In this document: in pieces, positions 59,946 through 64,000 of the stretch | Numbering within the stretch: position 1 is the first letter of the stretch | Layout of the letters: every line of letters begins with the position of its first letter | Assembly (NCBI GenBank): GCA_951406725.2 | Contig: OX597822.1 | Coordinates: 58,590,001-58,654,000 of the forward strand | Reading direction: 5' to 3' | From: Octopus vulgaris | Lineage: Eukaryota | Length of the DNA: 64,000 bases | The notes under the pieces: generated by a model | Told to the model about the DNA's origin: nothing | Seen by the model: the letters and a program-made list of their open reading frames with translations, nothing else | Databases searched by the model: none | Position numbers and translations under genes: made by a program

Positions 59946-61334
59946 GAGGAAGAGGTGTATTTTAAATAGATATTTATGTATTTCTCATCCATAAATTAAT
60001 GCTTAAGGTGACTACTGTGCAAAAAGTTATTCATTCATGTGTATCCACGCTAAAATTCTTGATTTATTTATCTTTTCTTCGCTGTTCTGCCCCAAATCAA
60101 AGAAATCTATTCTAAAAATCAATGGCTTTTGTTTTCAAAGGGAGCCAAATTCATCTTCCGTAAGGTTTTACTCTCACAGTTGAAGACCTTTCCTTAGTAA
60201 TTTTATCTCAAATGTAATATAAAAAAAACCCCAAAACAACAAAATAATCATCATAGAGCAATGAACTTTGTAACACCTCTCGAAAGACATCTAACCACCA
60301 CTGATATAATTGTATACAAAAGATACAGATTAAACGGAAAGAAAATACGAAACAAACAAACAAACAAACAAATAAATAAATGTAAACGAAAAAGAAAATG
60401 AGTTTATAAAAGTCCCTGTTTTTTTTTCTTCGAATACTTGATTTGTTGCCTCATTTATTTTCTACAAGTGTCAACATTAGATTGATTTCATTAAGAAGGA
60501 CTTTTGCGATAAGATTTACTAAGTGGTAGATAATTTTTTTTTTACTGAAATAAAAAGAAAAAGTGGTGGTGGGGGATTAGGAAAAGAGGTTTTCAATGGG
60601 CAAACCTAATTTTGTGGCCTCTCTCTCTCTCTCTCTTTCTCTGTCTGTCTGTATCTCTTTCTCCCCCGTCTCTCTCTCTCTATCTCTTTATCTTTTAGCT
60701 AGTTAGTAATGCCATGCTTTGTGTGTGATGGAGTCATTAAAATGTAATATGAATTGAAAAACTTCGATTTCTTGAGATTAATTTTGTAATTAGAAAACTA
60801 AAACACCCACAGAGGATATTTGAAATCTAAAAGCAAGTAGGACAGATAACTCCATTAATATCAACTATTCTAAATTTCTTGAAAATAAATGCAGTTAGGA
60901 GGAGATATTGCTTAAACTTCCTGTGTCTCCGAAAGAAAAGTATCACAGGTAAATTTTTCCGGGAAGCGGGCTGCATGCGGCATAGCTCATCATTAGGTGG
61001 ACCGCATGATATATGGCTCATTATCAGGCGAACCTCGTGAAACATAGCTCATCAGACGAGCGACGCTACTAAAAAAATCAATGATGTTGGTCTTTTGTTT
61101 AGTGGGCTGGTATCGAATAACCTTAGCTGTGACAACCCTTCTGTATTTCAATATATACTATATTTGTACATTTTAAACTTGGTATCTTAAGATAATTTGT
61201 AATCTTCTCTTCATATTCTTTTAAATTGTCATTTTATATCAAGAACCTCGTTCGAACTCAAGAAATAGCGTTCGCATTTGTAGATGCTGAATTGTAGAAC
61301 TTGTACATAGTATTTATATATCTCTCTCTCTGTT

Positions 61335-61715
61335 ACTTGTTTCAGTCATTTGACTGCGGCCATGCTGGAGCACCGCCTTTAATCGAGCAACTCGACCCCG
61401 GGACTTATACTTTTGTAAGCCCAGTACTTATTCTATCGGTTTCTTTTTGCCGAACCGCTAAGTAACGGGGACATAAACACACCAGCATCGGTTGTCAAGC
61501 AATGCTAGGGGGACAAACACAGACACGCAAACACACACACGCATATATATATACATATATACGACGGGCTTCTTTCAGTTTCCGTCTACCAAATCCACTC
61601 ACAAGGCTTTGGTCGGCCCGAGGCTATAGTAGAAGACACTTGCCCAAGGTGCCACGCAGTGGGACTGAACCCGGAACCATGTGGTTGGTAAACAAGCTAC
61701 TTACCACACAGCCAC
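61335..61715 (-). mobile_element. Near full-length tRNA-derived SINE
   Basis: Minus strand GTGGCTGTGTGGTAAGTAGCTTG..GGTTCCGGGTTCAGTCCC..TGACTGAAACAAGTA; many partial copies in window. Confidence 0.88.
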
Positions 61716-61721
61716 ACATAC

Positions 61722-62082
61722 AATTTTATAATTATGAGTATAATTATAATTAGGGTTTAGCAAAAATTTGCTTCGCCACATACCGAAATTTAGAAATAGC
61801 AGTTTAAAGTAACTATTTCACTACTATAAGAAAATCTCCCAGATAGTAATACTCAACAACCCACGCAGGTAAAGAGAAAAAAAAAACGAATCTATCCGGG
61901 TTTTAACTGCTATTTCTAAATTTCGGTATGTGGTGAAGTAAATTTTTGCTGAACCCTAATTATAATTATACTCATAATTATATAATTTTATGTATAAGTT
62001 TACCGATAATGTTTTTTGACATACTGAACTACTTGGTAAAATTATTGATTATTAATTAATTAATTTTACCCTTTATTATATA
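61722..62082. mobile_element. Diverged relative of the 591-bp unit, with inverted 5' segment
   Basis: Arms 61722-61808 / 61901-61987; shares GGGTTTAGCAA, TTTAGAAATAGCAGT, CTACTTGGT, TAATTAATTAATTT.ACCCTTTATTAT with 15820-18001. Confidence 0.75.
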
Positions 62083-62793
62083 TATATAAGAGAACAAGGT
62101 GTACGTACAAGATTAATCAGCAGAAATTGCGAGGATGATCCGGTTCTTGACTGAAGATTAGAGGCTTCGAAAGACCCGTCCGTGTTTTTTGTATCGTCTA
62201 TTTGAATGTTTTGCGTTCTTGTCCCATTTTGTATTTATATATATATATATATATCTCATGTCCCGAATGTTATGTAGTATTCCGATGACAAAGTATAAAA
62301 TTGGATTTGGATCTAGTTACTTCTGTAATTTGCGAGTAATAACGGCTGCTGAAACTTTCAGTAGTATTTTGTTATTATTTCAAATATTACGACTTGCTTG
62401 AGATCAGTTGTAAAGCTCGAGATTCATAACAATTTATCATTTGTAAACCAAAACATTTCACCTCTAAACCCAAGAAATAATCATAGCTTACTTTACTACG
62501 ACATGTATGATGAACGAGGGTTATAGAGTTACGTTAAAATGTAAGGCTTATAGTGTTGTTGGTTATGCTTGCCATGTTCTTTCTATCATTATCTCGATAA
62601 AGTTATGTTCAAGCTGTTGTTTTACTTATTAGAAATGTATCACTGAAATTGCTGCTGTTGTTGCTCTCTCGGCATCTACTGCTGTCTCTGCTGCTGTTGC
62701 TGTTGTTGTTTAACTGCATTACAATTCAGTCCTGATCGAGCTGTTCTATGAACAAAGGCATTCCATCAGAGCCCATTCATTGTTATGTGTATA

Positions 62794-63176
62794 CTAGCAG
62801 TATCGCCCGGCGTTGCTCGGGTTTGTAAGGGAAATAACTATAAAGCATTTTTAGAGAGTTATAGCCAAAAAATAGCAAAAAAATGGAAAAAAAAGTATGG
62901 TAAATTTTTTTGAGAGTTAAAAAGGTCGAGTTGCATCCCCTAGACAGTCTGTGGTTTGTGTTTCTGATTCTCGACCCCATGTCGAATTTATCGATTTTTT
63001 TCAGAACTGGGGGAACTTTTCAAAATTTTTGCTGCGTTAGTTTTGAATTATGACATTGGGCTATGTGTGTGTCAAGTTTCATCAGAATCAGTTGAAAGCC
63101 GTGGTCAGGGTGAGGGTACAACCTAACAGACACACAGACACACACACAGACAAACTGCCGTTTATATAGAGAGAGA
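62794..63176 (-). mobile_element. Non-autonomous Helitron
   Basis: Minus strand begins TCTCTCTCTATATAAACGGCAG, ends CCCGAGCAACGCCGGGCGATACTG-CTAG|T. Confidence 0.78.
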
Positions 63177-64000
63177 TATAGTAATACATTAGCCAACATG
63201 AACTTCCTTTCTTTGAAAGAGTTGGTTGCTATTTCAAGTAGTTGATCACTTAGAGACTCACTTGTATGTCGTCCCGTATACTTTGTACATGTTAAACCTT
63301 TGCCTGTCTTAAGCATTTTCACAAGTTTGTCCTAAACGACCATGCTTGTTTTCAAACTTTTAGTCAGCCCTTGCTTTATACGTTCTGAATGATATAAAGC
63401 CTTTCTTTCATAAGTTTCAAGTTACCCTGGTAATTGAAAGCAATTTGGGCTGTGTATCATATATAATGCATAGACGCCAAAGAAATATGTCCTGTGTGTC
63501 ACATGTGATACACAGGACAGGCAAAATGTTAATTCATGATATCTTCAGTTGAGTCTGATTGGTACGATTAATTAATTTTGTAAACCGATCACAGATTCAA
63601 TTTTCTATTGAATTTCTTTTTATTAGTGTAGATCTCCTTCGACGTGTCTAATAGTGATAATCAGGAGACTACAAACCATCGAGAATGTCACTCCGGATGA
63701 ACTCCATACAATCCATCAGTACAGGCTGGAATATGAAGTTTCTAATTTCATAAACTAATCAAAAATTCAACTCTCTACTACAATTTTACTTTTAATTTTT
63801 TTTTTCATTAGTGTAGGTCCTCGTCAACGTCTCTATTAATTCTTTGCCTGTCCAAAGATTTTTCATAAGATTGTCCTCTACGTCCATACATGTTTTCAGA
63901 CTTAATTAGCCTTAGTTTCATACGTTCTGAGAAATATAAGTTTTCCTTTCATATGTCCCAAGTCAATCTGGTAACTGAAAAAAATTGTGAATGTGTATCT

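Noticed and set aside
60920-61070. GC-richer segment with minus-strand CTGATGA and ATGATGA (HHR or C/D snoRNA?)
   Set aside because: No GAAA/stem arrangement and no matching D box or terminal stem
63255-63332. Possible minus-strand exon DKLVKMLKTGKGLTCTKYTGRHT ending at GTGAGT
   Set aside because: Weak acceptor, no recognisable homology

Overview
Eukaryotic, AT-rich, very repeat-dense DNA with no host protein-coding gene that I can support. The microsatellite load and the tRNA-headed CORE- and Meta-domain SINEs suggest a cephalopod such as Octopus, but that assignment is inference. Most short ORFs in the track are microsatellite artefacts. Real coding content is transposon-derived. (1) A head-to-tail dimer of an almost intact Tx1-clade (L1 superfamily) LINE lies at 42223-52794, period 5278 bp. 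It is punctuated by three copies of the 16-bp motif TCTACTGAGTACCGCT and sits between Helitron-type termini (A|TC at 41693; hairpin+CTAG|T at 53374). A degenerate fourth motif and a putative 5' end of a related element follow the dimer. (2) A non-coding 591-bp unit is arranged as tandem plus inverted copies at 15820-18001. Each unit carries a type I hammerhead ribozyme (HHR) fold with a palindromic stem III, as in retrozymes or non-autonomous Penelope-like elements (PLE), and several more HHR motifs are dispersed through the window. (3) Relics of R4/Dong, CR1/L2-group, R2/NeSL-like, Tx1, Penelope, mariner and hAT elements, plus many SINEs, MITEs and short Helitrons. Boundaries of degraded elements are approximate; all alignments and folds were done by eye.
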